Source: Bdellovibrionota bacterium
GTDB taxonomy: Bacteria; Bdellovibrionota_G; JALEGL01; DATDPG01
Direction: 5' to 3'
Assembly: GCA_963668355.1 (NCBI GenBank)
Contig: OY764265.1
Coordinates: 1,888,001 to 1,952,000 of the forward strand
DNA: 64,000 nt
Shown here: positions 18,081 through 29,455 of the stretch, in pieces
Layout: every line of letters starts with the position of its first letter
How positions within the stretch are numbered: position 1 is the stretch's first letter
Made by a program: the position numbers and the translations under genes
The notes under the pieces: model-generated
What the model saw: only the letters and a program-made list of their open reading frames with translations
What the model was told of the DNA's origin: nothing
The model's database searches: none

Positions 18081-19675
18081 TTTGAAGCTGCTTCAAATTG
18101 GCAAAGGTCGTCTGTAGGATTGTGATCGCAAAATTGCTGTTTGAGACTCTGCACTTTTGTGATGTTTCCCTTACGGGTTTCGATATGAATGATCCACTTG
18201 GCGGCCCGATGCCCCCATTTAGGGTGCTGCAAGAGGGTGAGTGCGGTGCTCGTGCATTTCTTCCAATGTCTTTCTCGGCAAAGACTTTCCATTTTCATGG
18301 CTGAGAGCGTGGGCGGTAGCGACCAGTTGTTTTCAAATTGTTCGAAAGCTTGAATCGTTTCAGAATATTTCTCCCGTTCAAATAGAGATTGGATGTAGTT
18401 CATATGTGCGACGCGAAATTTGGGAGATTTCTGAACGGTGTCGTGAAAGAGTGCCAATTCGTCGGTCCAGAGTGTGTTTCGGTTTAGCGTCAGCCCGGCC
18501 AAAGCGAGTAGGATGCAAAGTGCGAATCCTCGCTTGAGCATGGGATGTGAAATGGCCTTTGAAAAATGAGAGATGAGGGGCGAAATGGCCAGGACTAGGC
18601 CAATGGAGGGTAAGTAAAGAAAACGTTCGGCAAACGAGATGCTGATGGGAATGATATTCGAAATGAGAGATAGAAAAACGAGGAACCAAAGACTCCCAAA
18701 AAGGAACGTGTTCCATGCATTTTGGCTCAAGGTATCTTGGCTTCGTTTTCGGAAAAGGATCCAACCCGCCCAAGAGAACAACATAACAAGGGGAATTTCG
18801 ACCCATTTCCAGCGAATGTCTCCGTAGAGAGCATTTTGACTGAAAGGGTAGAAAAACGCCCCGAAATAGGCGAGAAGCGTCTTGGGTGCCAAAAAGAAGA
18901 GGTTGCTCCAAACAGAGCCCGTTTCGTCGATTTGAGTGACACGCCCCAGAAGATGAGATCGCCAAAGAAGATAAGCCAAAGAGAAAAGGAATCCAGCTCC
19001 CATGATTCGGATGGAAATGTTCTTTTTCTTGGTCGCTTCAAGAGGACTCAGGAGAAAAAATCCCGCGCCATGAATCAAAAAAGCTCCCAAGCCAATTTCT
19101 TTGGAAAAGAGGGTCAAGACATAGAAGACGGAAAAGCATATCCATCGGGATTTAAGCATGGACAGGAATGCCCCTAAGAAAAAGAGGGCACACAGGAGAT
19201 CCCCTTGACTCGATACAAATGAAACCGCTTCTGTGTGAAAAGGATGGACACCCCAGATGAGACTCATTGTAAAGGCCAAGCTGGGAGGCATGAAATACCC
19301 CAAAATGGCACCCACCAAGAGGACAATCAGCAAGTGCAAAACAATGGAAACGTAGTGGTATCCGCTCCCAATGTTTCCAAAAAAATGATGTTGGATTGCA
19401 AATCCGAGAGTCCGAATTGGACGATAAATGGAGGTGTTATAACGCTCAATATGGGAAAGAGTCTCTGGCGTTGTGAAGAACGAAATGGGGTGGTCCAGGG
19501 TTGTTATGGAAGGATTGTTTGAAATGAAATTTTCATCATCCCAGAGGAGCGGGGCGTTTCGAACCGGAAAATACAAGATAAAAATCAGAGCCGTCGTGAG
19601 AAGAAGTTTAAGAACGTTCGGAGTCGGTGAAAATTTCTTCATCTTATAGGCTGAGTCGAAAACGAATGAATGCAA
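18077..19675 (-). CDS. TMTC-like GT-C glycosyltransferase with C-terminal TPR-like region
   Basis: WDD, YRP, HP.HTEAV..VS, SKE, AERFLYLPS, RN..W.D motifs. True start may be ATG at 19642. Confidence 0.8.
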   Translation of the reverse strand: MHSFVFDSAYKMKKFSPTPNVLKLLLTTALIFILYFPVRNAPLLWDDENFISNNPSITTLDHPISFFTTPETLSHIERYNTSIYRPIRTLGFAIQHHFFGNIGSGYHYVSIVLHLLIVLLVGAILGYFMPPSLAFTMSLIWGVHPFHTEAVSFVSSQGDLLCALFFLGAFLSMLKSRWICFSVFYVLTLFSKEIGLGAFLIHGAGFFLLSPLEATKKKNISIRIMGAGFLFSLAYLLWRSHLLGRVTQIDETGSVWSNLFFLAPKTLLAYFGAFFYPFSQNALYGDIRWKWVEIPLVMLFSWAGWILFRKRSQDTLSQNAWNTFLFGSLWFLVFLSLISNIIPISISFAERFLYLPSIGLVLAISPLISHFSKAISHPMLKRGFALCILLALAGLTLNRNTLWTDELALFHDTVQKSPKFRVAHMNYIQSLFEREKYSETIQAFEQFENNWSLPPTLSAMKMESLCRERHWKKCTSTALTLLQHPKWGHRAAKWIIHIETRKGNITKVQSLKQQFCDHNPTDDLCQFEAASK

Positions 19676-21014
19676 AGACCGTCATTCTCAAAAGCAGAAA
19701 GCCATGTCGAAAACGACTGATGTTCGTATCCCCATAGGTTCGACTTTGGTATCGAATGGGGATCTCCATGATTTTGAATCCTTGAAGAGCGGCTCCAAAG
19801 ATCAGGTCAAAGTCCCCAAAGGGGTCAAAATCTCCAAAAAAATCACGATGGTTCCTGATTCGGTCGTAATCCCGTTTCCATAAGACTTTTGTTCCGCAGA
19901 GCGTGTCCTTGATAGGTTGCCTAAGAATCCAAGAAAACATGGAGCTGAAAAATTTATTTCCTAAGATGTTCAAGGTTCTCATGGCCTCGTCCTCCAAGGG
20001 GTACACCAACCTTGAGCCCATGATGAAATCCCCGACGCCTTCCGTTAAAGCCGTGTAAAACTTGGGAAGTTCTGAGGGACGGACCGTTAGGTCCGCATCC
20101 AGGATCATTAAAATATCATTCTCGGCCTCGTCAAAGCCAGTGCGCACCGCAGGTCCCTTCCCAGAGCCGCCACGTTGAGGGAAGAAACGGAGACTCAGGG
20201 GGCCGGAGTATTCATCCAAGACTCGTTGAATTTCCTCTCGGGTTCCATCCGAACTTCCCCCTTCCACAAAAATCACCTCTGTGGGGGCGTCGAATTCGGG
20301 CATTTCGCGAAGACATCGAGAAATATTTCCTTTTTCATTTCTACAAGGAACGATGATGGAGACACTCGGTCGTTGATTTTGTTTGGCTTGGATATTCCAT
20401 GAGGAAACCGGACGGATAAAAAACAATCGAAAAATGGCAAAATTTCGTATCAGTGGGAGTGTCAGAAGGATTCGGTTCACAAACCAGGAAAAAAACGGAA
20501 TGTAAAAAGGCAGTAATATCCGTTTTTCCACACTCACAACCTCAAAGCCGTTTAGGTGTAGGAGATTTTCAATGTCGAGGAAGGAAATCCAACTGGGTTT
20601 TTTGTTCTTGGTTTTCTTCCCGAAGGATTGAAAGAAACGAATGAGGGGTTGCCAAAAATAGCTCGTGTGAAGGATGCAAAAACGCGTACTTTGTTCAGCT
20701 TGATTTCTCAATCCACGCAAAAAAGCCCAAATATCATCCATATCCGTCAATATATTTCCAATGAGGACCGTTTTGTTTTCGAGAGAAAGCTGACTTGTCT
20801 GAAAATCGGGCGCAACAGAGAATTGAATTTTGGGGAAATGGGGCTCTTGTTGTTGGATTCGATCGGTTGAATTGTCTCGAACTTCTTTTACGTTATCTCC
20901 AAGAGCTTGAAGAATTTTGGTTTCAGCGCTGCCAACATAGAGAATGGGATGATCTTTCCACCGTTTTAAAACGGATTGAAGGAGGTCTTTCGTCGTACGT
21001 TTCGTCATCCACAT
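19644..21014 (-). CDS. GT2 glycosyltransferase (polyprenol-phosphate sugar synthase-like) with a degenerate methyltransferase-like N-terminus
   Basis: IIVPCRNEKGNI, VEGGSSDGT, GKG.AV, ILDADL, DTLCGTK, DPFGDFDL. Confidence 0.85.
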   Translation of the reverse strand: MWMTKRTTKDLLQSVLKRWKDHPILYVGSAETKILQALGDNVKEVRDNSTDRIQQQEPHFPKIQFSVAPDFQTSQLSLENKTVLIGNILTDMDDIWAFLRGLRNQAEQSTRFCILHTSYFWQPLIRFFQSFGKKTKNKKPSWISFLDIENLLHLNGFEVVSVEKRILLPFYIPFFSWFVNRILLTLPLIRNFAIFRLFFIRPVSSWNIQAKQNQRPSVSIIVPCRNEKGNISRCLREMPEFDAPTEVIFVEGGSSDGTREEIQRVLDEYSGPLSLRFFPQRGGSGKGPAVRTGFDEAENDILMILDADLTVRPSELPKFYTALTEGVGDFIMGSRLVYPLEDEAMRTLNILGNKFFSSMFSWILRQPIKDTLCGTKVLWKRDYDRIRNHRDFFGDFDPFGDFDLIFGAALQGFKIMEIPIRYQSRTYGDTNISRFRHGFLLLRMTVFAFIRFRLSL

Positions 21015-21070
21015 AAAAGGATGGAAATTCTAGACGTTCATACGAGACAAGTCCATTTGGACAAAGATAT

Positions 21071-21116
21071 AAAAAATCCCCAGAAGGTCTCGAATTGCCA
21101 AACCTCCTGGGGATTT
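21071..21116 (-). terminator. Probable rho-independent terminator of the amtB-porin operon
   Basis: Stem AAATCCCCAG / CTGGGGATTT with a T-run on the minus strand. Confidence 0.6.
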
Positions 21117-21138
21117 AGAGACTCATTTTTTTTGGAGG

Positions 21139-21954
21139 TTAGAAGTCTGTTCCTAGGTTGAGACCGCCCCAGAGAACCAACTCATCTTTGAAGTCCTGTC
21201 CTGGAATGTTTGTCCAAGCCACATTTAATCCGGGTTTGACATAAAACCCATTGTTAAGAGAAATGGGAAATCCGCTCATGAGAGCGAGATGATGGACATT
21301 TGCCGCGCCACTATTTCCTTCTTTGAACCACTTGAATCCGTATTCGAGGCCCAACTCAAGAGCCACTTTCGAAGTGAGTTCGAAGGCTTTTTCCATATGT
21401 GGGTGAATGTAGAGATAGCTAATATCAAAAATTCCGGGTTCATCTTGAAGTCCCAGAAAATAGGCAATATCCAAACCGAAATCGGCCAAACAAGAATAGC
21501 TCAGTCCGACCGTGGGTTCGATATAGCTCGCCCAAGAGGAGCCTACGCCGCTATTGGTAGACCACGGATAGAAATAGTAAATGGCTCCCAAACTTAGCCC
21601 AATGTCGTTGTGCAAGGTTAGGTCGTACGTCACAAAAAGATTTTGTTCCGCAGCGAGGGCCCCATTTAAATTGGCACTGACATTATCCCCAGAAATTTGA
21701 AATCCACCCCAATATCCAAGTGTGAAGTTCGTATCTGGAATTTCCCAGGTGATGCCGGGAGCCAGCATCATGTTTTGATCCATTTGGCTGGTTTCTTGAA
21801 ATACGTTGATTCCTCGGAAGACGTAGACGGTTGAGAAACCAAGATCAAAGTTGACACCTTGGGCTTCAGATTCTTGAGCATTTGCTCCAAAGGGAATTGC
21901 GATGGCCAAAGCCAGCAGCAAACCTAGAATATGTTTTTCAGAATTTTTCTTCAT
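21139..21954 (-). CDS. TorF-like (Gcw_chp family) putative outer-membrane porin
   Basis: Signal peptide, STVYVFRG motif, alternating beta-strands, terminal Phe. Lies downstream of amtB. Confidence 0.7.
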   Translation of the reverse strand: MKKNSEKHILGLLLALAIAIPFGANAQESEAQGVNFDLGFSTVYVFRGINVFQETSQMDQNMMLAPGITWEIPDTNFTLGYWGGFQISGDNVSANLNGALAAEQNLFVTYDLTLHNDIGLSLGAIYYFYPWSTNSGVGSSWASYIEPTVGLSYSCLADFGLDIAYFLGLQDEPGIFDISYLYIHPHMEKAFELTSKVALELGLEYGFKWFKEGNSGAANVHHLALMSGFPISLNNGFYVKPGLNVAWTNIPGQDFKDELVLWGGLNLGTDF

Positions 21955-21987
21955 TTTTTTCTCCTAAAACGTGTTTTCAATTCCTGG

Positions 21988-23199
21988 TTACATGTCGTAA
22001 GCCGCTTCTCCATGAAGGGATCGATCTAGGTCGTCTTCTTCAACTTCGGAAACGCGGACGGTGGTGAATTTGTTGATCACCCAAAGCATGACCCAGGTGA
22101 AAAGGAAGGCGTAGAGTGAGATGGTTAACACCGCAACGGTTTGTTTCATGACCAGGGCGGGTCCTCCTCCATTCAGGAGTCCTGAAACGCCGCCAACCGA
22201 TTCATGGGCAAAAATTCCCAACATGATCGTGCCAATGATTCCGCCGACGCCATGAACGGCCCAGACGTCTAGGGCATCATCCCAGCCCATCTTGTTTTTG
22301 ATGTAAACGGCCAGGTAGCAAACGATTCCAGCCACGGAGCCAATGACGGCAGAGGATCCGACGGTGACAAATCCTGCCCCCGGAGTGATTGTTGCGAGTC
22401 CCGCGACTGCACCGGTTAAAAGTCCCACGAAAGTGGGCTTTCGTCCCATCACCCAAGTTAAAGTCAACCAAACAATGGCGGCGAAGGAAGCAGAAACATC
22501 GGTGTTAATGAATGCCTGTGCGGTCACCGCATCTACCCGGAGCTCACTGCCGGCATTGAACCCATACCAACCGAACCAGAGTAAACCGGTTCCCAGAGCC
22601 ACGAGAGGAATGCTGTGAACGGTGTCCGTGACTCTGCGTTTTCCAACAAAGAACACGGAAGCCAGAGCGGCCATTCCGGCGCTGGCGTGAACGACGATTC
22701 CTCCGGCGAAATCTTTGACTCCCCACTCAGCCAGGAGACCACCGCCCCAAACCATATGGACCAGTGGAAAATAGACGAAAACGAGCCACAAGACCAAAAA
22801 GATCAAATAGGGGAAGAACCGAATTCGATTGGTGAACGCGCCAGTGATGAGAGCCGGCGTGATGATGGCAAACATCATTTGATACGCAATGAAAACAAGT
22901 AAGGGAATTTGACCCGAACCTTCCGCTCCGAACGTAGAGTTGAGGTCTACGCCACTGAGAAACGCCATGTCCAAATTTCCGATGATGCCACCAATATCTC
23001 CGCTAAAGCACAGTGAATATCCGATGGAGAACCAAAGAATGGTGGTGATGCCCATGGATACAAAACTTTGCATCATGATGGCGAGGACATTTTTTCGTCC
23101 CACCAAACCACCATAGAAAAAAGCCAACCCAGGGGTCATGAGCATAACCAAGCTGGTGGCTAAAAGCATAAATCCAGTATTTCCAGTGTCAAAAGCCAT
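21988..23199 (-). CDS. amtB: Ammonium transporter
   Basis: MTPGLAFFYGG, DFAGGIVVH, LWFGWYGFN, DDALDVWAVHG (both conserved His present). Confidence 0.97.
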   Translation of the reverse strand: MAFDTGNTGFMLLATSLVMLMTPGLAFFYGGLVGRKNVLAIMMQSFVSMGITTILWFSIGYSLCFSGDIGGIIGNLDMAFLSGVDLNSTFGAEGSGQIPLLVFIAYQMMFAIITPALITGAFTNRIRFFPYLIFLVLWLVFVYFPLVHMVWGGGLLAEWGVKDFAGGIVVHASAGMAALASVFFVGKRRVTDTVHSIPLVALGTGLLWFGWYGFNAGSELRVDAVTAQAFINTDVSASFAAIVWLTLTWVMGRKPTFVGLLTGAVAGLATITPGAGFVTVGSSAVIGSVAGIVCYLAVYIKNKMGWDDALDVWAVHGVGGIIGTIMLGIFAHESVGGVSGLLNGGGPALVMKQTVAVLTISLYAFLFTWVMLWVINKFTTVRVSEVEEDDLDRSLHGEAAYDM

Positions 23200-23314
23200 T
23201 TAATTCTCCCTTTTTTGTTTCTTGGCCAAGCCAAGATGCTATTTTTTCTGCACATTGCGCATATTCCATTTCAGAGCGCTTGACGTTAGGAGTTGGATAA
23301 TTCTTTGATATTTT

Positions 23315-24082
23315 TTGGATAGGAAGGATAGAAAGCCTCTCGAAATCCTATATAAGGAGGGGGTGGAACGGGTGGATTCAGTTTCTGCGGCAGATGGCCA
23401 CAAAGTGATTGTGTTGATTGAAGATGAAGTCAATCTGCTCAATAGCCTTGCCTTCATTCTTGAAAACCAAGGTTTTTCAGTCTTGCGGGCGCAGACGGGT
23501 GAAGAAGGAGTTCAGCTGATCCTTTCTAGAAATCCGGCCCTGACACTGGTGGACATTAATCTGCCAGGGATGGATGGCTTTGAAGTTGCGACGCGCGTTT
23601 CGGATTTGAGAGAGAGAATTGGAATGAAGGTCGTTTTTTTGACTGCGAGTGACGACGAAGACGATATGGTTCGGGCTTTTGAAGGCTTGGCGGATGACTA
23701 TGTTGTCAAACCGGTTCGCCCAAGAGTTCTTGTGGCGCGTTTGAATGCGCTTCTTTCTAGCCCTCGAATGTTTTCTGAAGAAAAGGATATATCGTTTGGG
23801 CCATTGGTGATGTCTCCCACCTCCTTCGAGGCAAGTCTTAATGGACAAAATCTAGACCTTACACCCACAGAATTTCGAATTCTTTGGCTGCTTGTGAATC
23901 ACCCTGGAAAAGTTTTGAGCCGATCACAAATCATTGATGAGGTGCATGGAAAAGATTGTTTTTTAACGGAGAAGTCGATTGATTTTCAGATTCATGGTCT
24001 TCGGAGAAAAATGGGAGAACATTCCTGCATGTTAATGACGGTACGTGGGGTCGGATTTAAATTGAGTCCAGTGGATGGGTAA
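23315..24082 (+). CDS. OmpR/PhoB-family response regulator
   Basis: IEDE, DINLPGMDG, FLTA, VKP, then winged helix LTPTEF..LRRK..TVRGVGF. Start is probably GTG at 23363 or 23372, after AAGGAGG. Confidence 0.92.
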   Translation: MDRKDRKPLEILYKEGVERVDSVSAADGHKVIVLIEDEVNLLNSLAFILENQGFSVLRAQTGEEGVQLILSRNPALTLVDINLPGMDGFEVATRVSDLRERIGMKVVFLTASDDEDDMVRAFEGLADDYVVKPVRPRVLVARLNALLSSPRMFSEEKDISFGPLVMSPTSFEASLNGQNLDLTPTEFRILWLLVNHPGKVLSRSQIIDEVHGKDCFLTEKSIDFQIHGLRRKMGEHSCMLMTVRGVGFKLSPVDG

Positions 24083-24088
24083 GAGGAG

Positions 24089-26485
24089 ATGCCTCTACGC
24101 GATGTCCCCATTCGTTTTCTTTTAATTGCGGGATTTCTGTTTTCCGGCCTTCTTCCTTTGATGGCTGTGGCCTTGCTGAGTTTTTCCATCGCACGAGAGG
24201 AACTCACCCATCAGGCCTCCCGTCAGCTGGAGTCTGTACGGGATATCAAGAAAGCTCAGCTTGAGAGTTTCTTTGATGAGCGTGTACGTCAGATCAATAT
24301 TCTAGCTTCCAATCCATACGTTAAAAAAGCTTTCAACGATTTTAAGGATTTGCTGGATTCAGAAACTCAGATTCGACGGCGAGGTCTCGTTGGAGAGGGA
24401 AATTTTCAGTTTAAAGCGCCTACGGCCTATTTAGAATTGCATGACCGATACTATGAATTCTTTCGAAAATTCCAGCGGGAGCTATTTTATTACGACCTTT
24501 TCTTAATGAGTCCCTCCGATGGTTTTACCTACTTCACGGTAAAAAAGGAGGCGGACTTCGGAAGGCCAATCTCCCCTATTGAATCATCTCTGAAGGATGT
24601 CTGGAAGATTGCGGTTTCGCAGTCTCGGGTTTCGTTGTCCGATACACGTCCCTATGCCCCTTCAGGAAATGTGCCGGCCCAGTTTGTTGCCGCACCTGTC
24701 ATGAGTGAGGGAAGGGTCATTGGTGTGGTTGCGGCCCAACTTTCTTTGAGTTCCATCACCGACTTTATCGAAACCCGCCCCGGAATGGGAAAGACAGGGG
24801 AAACCTATCTGGTGGGGCCGGATTTTCGAATGAGGTCCGATTCGTATCGAGATCCAGAGAATCATTCCGTCATGGCTTCTTTCTTGGGAAATGTTGAAGA
24901 AAACGGTGTGGACACGTTAGCCATTCGGAATGCATTAAAAGGAAGAGCAGGGACTCGAAATCTTTTGAATTACAAAGGGAAAAAAGTTCTCTCGGCGTAC
25001 GCCCCCGTAACGTTTCAAGGGTTGAGTTGGGTGATCGTCGCAGAGATGGGCGAGGAAGAAATCAATGAAGCCATTGCCGAAGCTCTAAATGATCGCATTA
25101 CGATCACCATTCTCATTTCATTGGCTATGCTTTTGGTCTTGGCCTTTGGGATTTCCATTTTCATTAGCAAAGGGGTTGCGCGGGTCAAGACTGAGTTGAA
25201 TCTTTTGATCGAGGGGGTTCTCGCCGGCCAAAATGAACGAAGGGGTGATCCTGTACAAGTGGCCTATGATTTTCGAGGTGTGATGGAGCATGTCAACGCG
25301 TTGATTGATGCCTATCAAAGCAAAACCAATGAGAGTCGAAAATTAGAAGGAATCATCGCTTATAACGAACGCATGGAGTCCATTGGAACCCTGGCAGGTG
25401 GCATTGCTCATGATTTTAACAATATCTTGGCGTACATGTTGACGTACGGGGACTTGGTTTTGGAGGATTTGGAAAAAGACTCTAAGGCCCATGAGAGAAT
25501 GCTGGAAATTCTCAAAGGGATCGATCGGGCAGGGGAACTTGTTGCCCAAATCATGACATTTGGAAGGCAGTTAAAACGGGAAAAACGACCGGTTGAAATG
25601 TCTCTCATTGTGAAAGAGGCAGCAAAACTTCTCAAAGCAACGATCCCTAAGAATATCAAGGTGATGACCCAAGTTACTCCGGGGCGTGGAAAGGTGATGG
25701 CGGACCCTCCACAGCTTCACCGAATTGTCATGAATTTGTGTACCAATGCCTTTCAATCGATGCTTGATGGCGGGGGAGAGATGAAGTTGTCCTTGGAAGA
25801 AGTTTCTCTAAAGGATGGCGAAGTAGAAGGGTTGTCTTCGGGAATCTATGCGTTGTTTTCAGTTTCGGACACGGGGTGTGGAATTGAACCCGAAATTCTA
25901 GACCGAATCTTCGAACCGTTCTTTACGACCAAGCCGGTGGGGCAGGGGAATGGTATGGGGTTGGCCGTAGTGCATGGGATTGTTGAGTCTTATTCGGGAA
26001 GCATCGTTTTTGAGAGCGTGCCAAATATTGGGACAAATGCCCGTGTCTATCTCCCCATACACGATGAGGCCATTTGTCCGGAAGAAGGCCCCGTTCGTGC
26101 GAAGATTGTTCGTGGTAGTGGGCGAATTCTTTTTGTGGATGATGAAGAGCCCATATGCCAATCCACGGCATTGATGATTGAATCCTTGGGGTATGTTGTA
26201 GATGCAGAGACAGATCCGGAGAAGGCCCTTGAGCGCTTTTCGGAAGATCCCCAACGTTTTGTGGCGTTGGTTACGGATATCAACATGCCAAATATTAATG
26301 GAGTGGAACTGACTCACCGAATGCGCTCCATCCGTCCAGACCTCCCGGTTATGTTGATCACAGGATACAACGATTTGATGACTCCAACGTCTGCTTCGAA
26401 ACTCAAAGCGGAAGTCTTGTTGAAACCTTTTAAAAAGAGTGAATTCTCACAAGTTTTGTCCCGCCTCATTCAGCGCTCTTTATAA
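24089..26485 (+). CDS. Hybrid sensor histidine kinase with periplasmic dCache-like domain
   Basis: Two TM helices around a YYDLFL / GETYLVG domain. [27 protein letters not shown]-terminal REC. Confidence 0.92.
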   Translation: MPLRDVPIRFLLIAGFLFSGLLPLMAVALLSFSIAREELTHQASRQLESVRDIKKAQLESFFDERVRQINILASNPYVKKAFNDFKDLLDSETQIRRRGLVGEGNFQFKAPTAYLELHDRYYEFFRKFQRELFYYDLFLMSPSDGFTYFTVKKEADFGRPISPIESSLKDVWKIAVSQSRVSLSDTRPYAPSGNVPAQFVAAPVMSEGRVIGVVAAQLSLSSITDFIETRPGMGKTGETYLVGPDFRMRSDSYRDPENHSVMASFLGNVEENGVDTLAIRNALKGRAGTRNLLNYKGKKVLSAYAPVTFQGLSWVIVAEMGEEEINEAIAEALNDRITITILISLAMLLVLAFGISIFISKGVARVKTELNLLIEGVLAGQNERRGDPVQVAYDFRGVMEHVNALIDAYQSKTNESRKLEGIIAYNERMESIGTLAGGIAHDFNNILAYMLTYGDLVLEDLEKDSKAHERMLEILKGIDRAGELVAQIMTFGRQLKREKRPVEMSLIVKEAAKLLKATIPKNIKVMTQVTPGRGKVMADPPQLHRIVMNLCTNAFQSMLDGGGEMKLSLEEVSLKDGEVEGLSSGIYALFSVSDTGCGIEPEILDRIFEPFFTTKPVGQGNGMGLAVVHGIVESYSGSIVFESVPNIGTNARVYLPIHDEAICPEEGPVRAKIVRGSGRILFVDDEEPICQSTALMIESLGYVVDAETDPEKALERFSEDPQRFVALVTDINMPNINGVELTHRMRSIRPDLPVMLITGYNDLMTPTSASKLKAEVLLKPFKKSEFSQVLSRLIQRSL

Positions 26486-26606
26486 ATTGTTAAGATTTGA
26501 TCAAATCTATGGAGGTCATCGGCGTATGTTCTAGTCGCATTGGCTCAAACACGTTATAGATGATCTGAGTCTCAACTGACAAAACTTTATCGTCTTAGGA
26601 GAGATC

Positions 26607-27602
26607 ATGAAAAAGACCTTCTCGATTTTCTTTTTGTTTCTCGTGTTTGCTCTCGGAATTTCCTTCAATGCTTTTTCTGAGAATCGGCTGTCTGGAATGG
26701 TTAAGGTAGATGGTTCAAGCACCGTATTTCCCATCACGGAAGCCATGGCAGAGGAGTTTCAGCGAGAGCATCGTCGTGTTCGTGTGACCGTTGGTTTGTC
26801 TGGAACCGGCGGAGGAATGAAAAAATTCGTTGTGGGAGACATTGATATTTCAGGCGCTTCTCGGCCCATCAAAAAATCCGAACGAGAAAAGGCCAAAAAA
26901 AATGGAGTGTCCTTCGTGGAACTTCCCGTTGCCTACGATGGCATTGCGGTGGTGATCAATCCGAAGAATACTTTTGCGAGTCAAATGACGGTTGAGGAGT
27001 TGAAGAGAATCTGGGAGCCGGGAAGTCAGGTGAAGAAATGGAGTGACCTTAGAAAGGCATGGCCGAAAAAGAACATTCATCTGTACGGTCCAGGGGCGGA
27101 TTCCGGAACGTTTGAATATTTCACGAAGGCGATTGTGGGAAAGGCGAGAGCCACTCGAAGAGACTTTACCGCGAGTGAAGATGACAATGTTCTTGTTCAA
27201 GGCGTAGCGGGAGATGAATATGCCCTCGGCTATTTTGGCTTCGCGTATTGGGTTGAGAATCAAAAAGCCTTAAAACGAGTGGCCATCGATCCGGGGACGG
27301 GGCCGATTTTGCCTTCAAAGGAAAGCATTGAGGATGGTTCGTATCGTCCTCTTTCCAGACCTATTTTCATTTATGTGAATCATCAATCCATCCAGAGACC
27401 CGAAGTGGATGCGTTTGTTCGGTTTTATCTGAACAATGCCAGGGCTCTGGTTCCCGAAGTTGGTTACGTTCCCTTTGAAAGTCAGATCTATTTGGCTTCT
27501 CTCAATCGATTTCAAAAACGAATCCTTGGGACGGTGTTCGGTTCAGATCTGGCCAAGAAAAAAACCTCCATGAAGGATTTACTGAGCCTGAAGGGGAAAT
27601 AA
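26607..27602 (+). CDS. pstS: Phosphate ABC transporter substrate-binding protein
   Basis: DGSSTVFP, SGTGGG, DSGTFEYF, SEDDN, PLSRPIFIY. Confidence 0.96.
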   Translation: MKKTFSIFFLFLVFALGISFNAFSENRLSGMVKVDGSSTVFPITEAMAEEFQREHRRVRVTVGLSGTGGGMKKFVVGDIDISGASRPIKKSEREKAKKNGVSFVELPVAYDGIAVVINPKNTFASQMTVEELKRIWEPGSQVKKWSDLRKAWPKKNIHLYGPGADSGTFEYFTKAIVGKARATRRDFTASEDDNVLVQGVAGDEYALGYFGFAYWVENQKALKRVAIDPGTGPILPSKESIEDGSYRPLSRPIFIYVNHQSIQRPEVDAFVRFYLNNARALVPEVGYVPFESQIYLASLNRFQKRILGTVFGSDLAKKKTSMKDLLSLKGK

Positions 27603-27659
27603 AGAAAGCCAGAAAAGGTCTGTGAGAGCGCATTAAAGCCCTTTAAACGATCTTTACAT

Positions 27660-28577
27660 TTGGGGTCCAGACTGCCTCTCGTGTGGGGGTCGGTAAAGAT
27701 GAAGCATCTTACGGAGCCAATGATTCATGGGCTCCTCTTCCTGTGTGCTTTGGTTTCGGTTCTAACGACGGCTGGGATCATCTGGATACTATTGAGCGAA
27801 AGCGTTTCTTTTTTTCAGCACATTTCGATTTTTGAGTTTTTCGGAAAAACCAAATGGTACCCATTGTTTGAGCCTCGCGTCTTTGGGGTTCTTCCCCTGA
27901 TCGGAGGCACGCTCCTTGTGGCCGTGGGGGCAGGGGTGATTGCCCTTCCTCTCGGAACCGCAACCGCAATATTTTTGAGCGAATATGCCTCCGGAAGAGT
28001 TCGAAGTCTGTTGAAACCTACGTTGGAAATCCTCGCAGGGATTCCTACGGTGGTTTATGGATACTTTGCTCTCACATGTGTCACCCCTGTTTTGAAAACC
28101 CTATTCCCCTCTACGGAAGTCTTTAATGCAGCTTCTGCTTCGATCGTCGTGGGCATCATGGTTCTACCGATGGTGGCTTCACTTTCGGATGACGCGCTTC
28201 GTTCGGTTCCCAAAGCACTGCGATATGGGGGCTATGCGCTTGGGGCCACAAAATTCGATGTTTCCTCACGTGTGGTTCTTCCTGCGGCACTTTCCGGGGT
28301 GGTGGCATCTTTTGTGTTGGCCATTTCCAGAGCCATTGGTGAGACCATGGCTGTGACCTTGGCGGCAGGAGCAACGCCTCAATTAACCTTAAACCCGTTA
28401 AAGAGCATTCAGACGATGACGGCGTATATTGTCCAGGTCAGTTTGGGAGATACTCCAGCGGGAACGGTGGAATATCAAACCATTTTTGCTGTGGGCCTGA
28501 CACTTTTTTGCATCACCTTTTTGATGAATATCTTGGCTCAAAAATTTTTGACGAAGTTTAGGCAGAGATACGAATGA
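27660..28577 (+). CDS. pstC: Phosphate ABC transporter permease
   Basis: [20 protein letters not shown]. Start may be ATG at 27699. Confidence 0.95.
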   Translation: MGSRLPLVWGSVKMKHLTEPMIHGLLFLCALVSVLTTAGIIWILLSESVSFFQHISIFEFFGKTKWYPLFEPRVFGVLPLIGGTLLVAVGAGVIALPLGTATAIFLSEYASGRVRSLLKPTLEILAGIPTVVYGYFALTCVTPVLKTLFPSTEVFNAASASIVVGIMVLPMVASLSDDALRSVPKALRYGGYALGATKFDVSSRVVLPAALSGVVASFVLAISRAIGETMAVTLAAGATPQLTLNPLKSIQTMTAYIVQVSLGDTPAGTVEYQTIFAVGLTLFCITFLMNILAQKFLTKFRQRYE

Positions 28578-29455
28578 TTCCAAACGAGGAGAGATTGGCC
28601 AAAAACCTAAAACGAAGACGTTTCTTAGGGCATCTTTTTTTATTGGTTTGTGGAGGATCTGCGCTCCTTGGGGTCGTTCTTCTTTTGGTGCTTTTGTTTT
28701 CAGTGGGCCGGGACGGTTTGCAACATGTGGACTGGCATTTTTTAACGCATTTTCCTTCTCGTTTTCCAGTGAAAGCGGGGCTAAAAAGTGCCCTTTGGGG
28801 AAGTATTTGGCTCATTGGTTTCACAGCGGCCATCTCATTGCCGGTTGGGGTGGGTGCAGCCATCTATCTTGAAGAATTTGCAAGGCCCAATCGTCTGACG
28901 CGTTTCATTCAGTTGAACATTGCCAATTTGGCCGGGGTTCCTTCCATTGTTTATGGAATGTTGGGGTTGGTTATTTTTGTTCGTTGGATGTCTTTGGAAC
29001 GCAGTGTGATTTCAGGGGCGTTGACGATGAGTTTGTTGATTCTTCCTGTGATCATCATTTCTGCCCAGGAAGCCTTGCGGTCGGTTCCAAATTCAATTCG
29101 TTTGGCGGCGTTTGCCTTGGGAGGCACACGTTGGCAAACGGTTCGAGATCATGTTTTACCTCTTTCACTGCCGGGAATTCTTACCGGTACGATTTTGGCG
29201 ATGTCTAGGGCCATCGGAGAAACCGCTCCATTGATCATGATTGGCGCATTAACCTATGTCGCCTTTGTTCCGGAAAGTCCCAAAGATCCGTTCACCGCGC
29301 TTCCGATTCAAATTTTTAATTGGGCCTCTAGGCCTCAAGCGGCGTTTCATGAACTTGCTGCGGGAGGAATCATCGTTCTTCTTGTGTTGCTTTTATCCAT
29401 GAACGGTTTGGCTGTATGGCTGCGGCACCGTGCTCAGAAAGGAATCAAGTGGTAA
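28574..29455 (+). CDS. pstA: Phosphate ABC transporter permease
   Basis: [24 protein letters not shown] overlap with pstC. Confidence 0.95.
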   Translation: MIPNEERLAKNLKRRRFLGHLFLLVCGGSALLGVVLLLVLLFSVGRDGLQHVDWHFLTHFPSRFPVKAGLKSALWGSIWLIGFTAAISLPVGVGAAIYLEEFARPNRLTRFIQLNIANLAGVPSIVYGMLGLVIFVRWMSLERSVISGALTMSLLILPVIIISAQEALRSVPNSIRLAAFALGGTRWQTVRDHVLPLSLPGILTGTILAMSRAIGETAPLIMIGALTYVAFVPESPKDPFTALPIQIFNWASRPQAAFHELAAGGIIVLLVLLLSMNGLAVWLRHRAQKGIKW

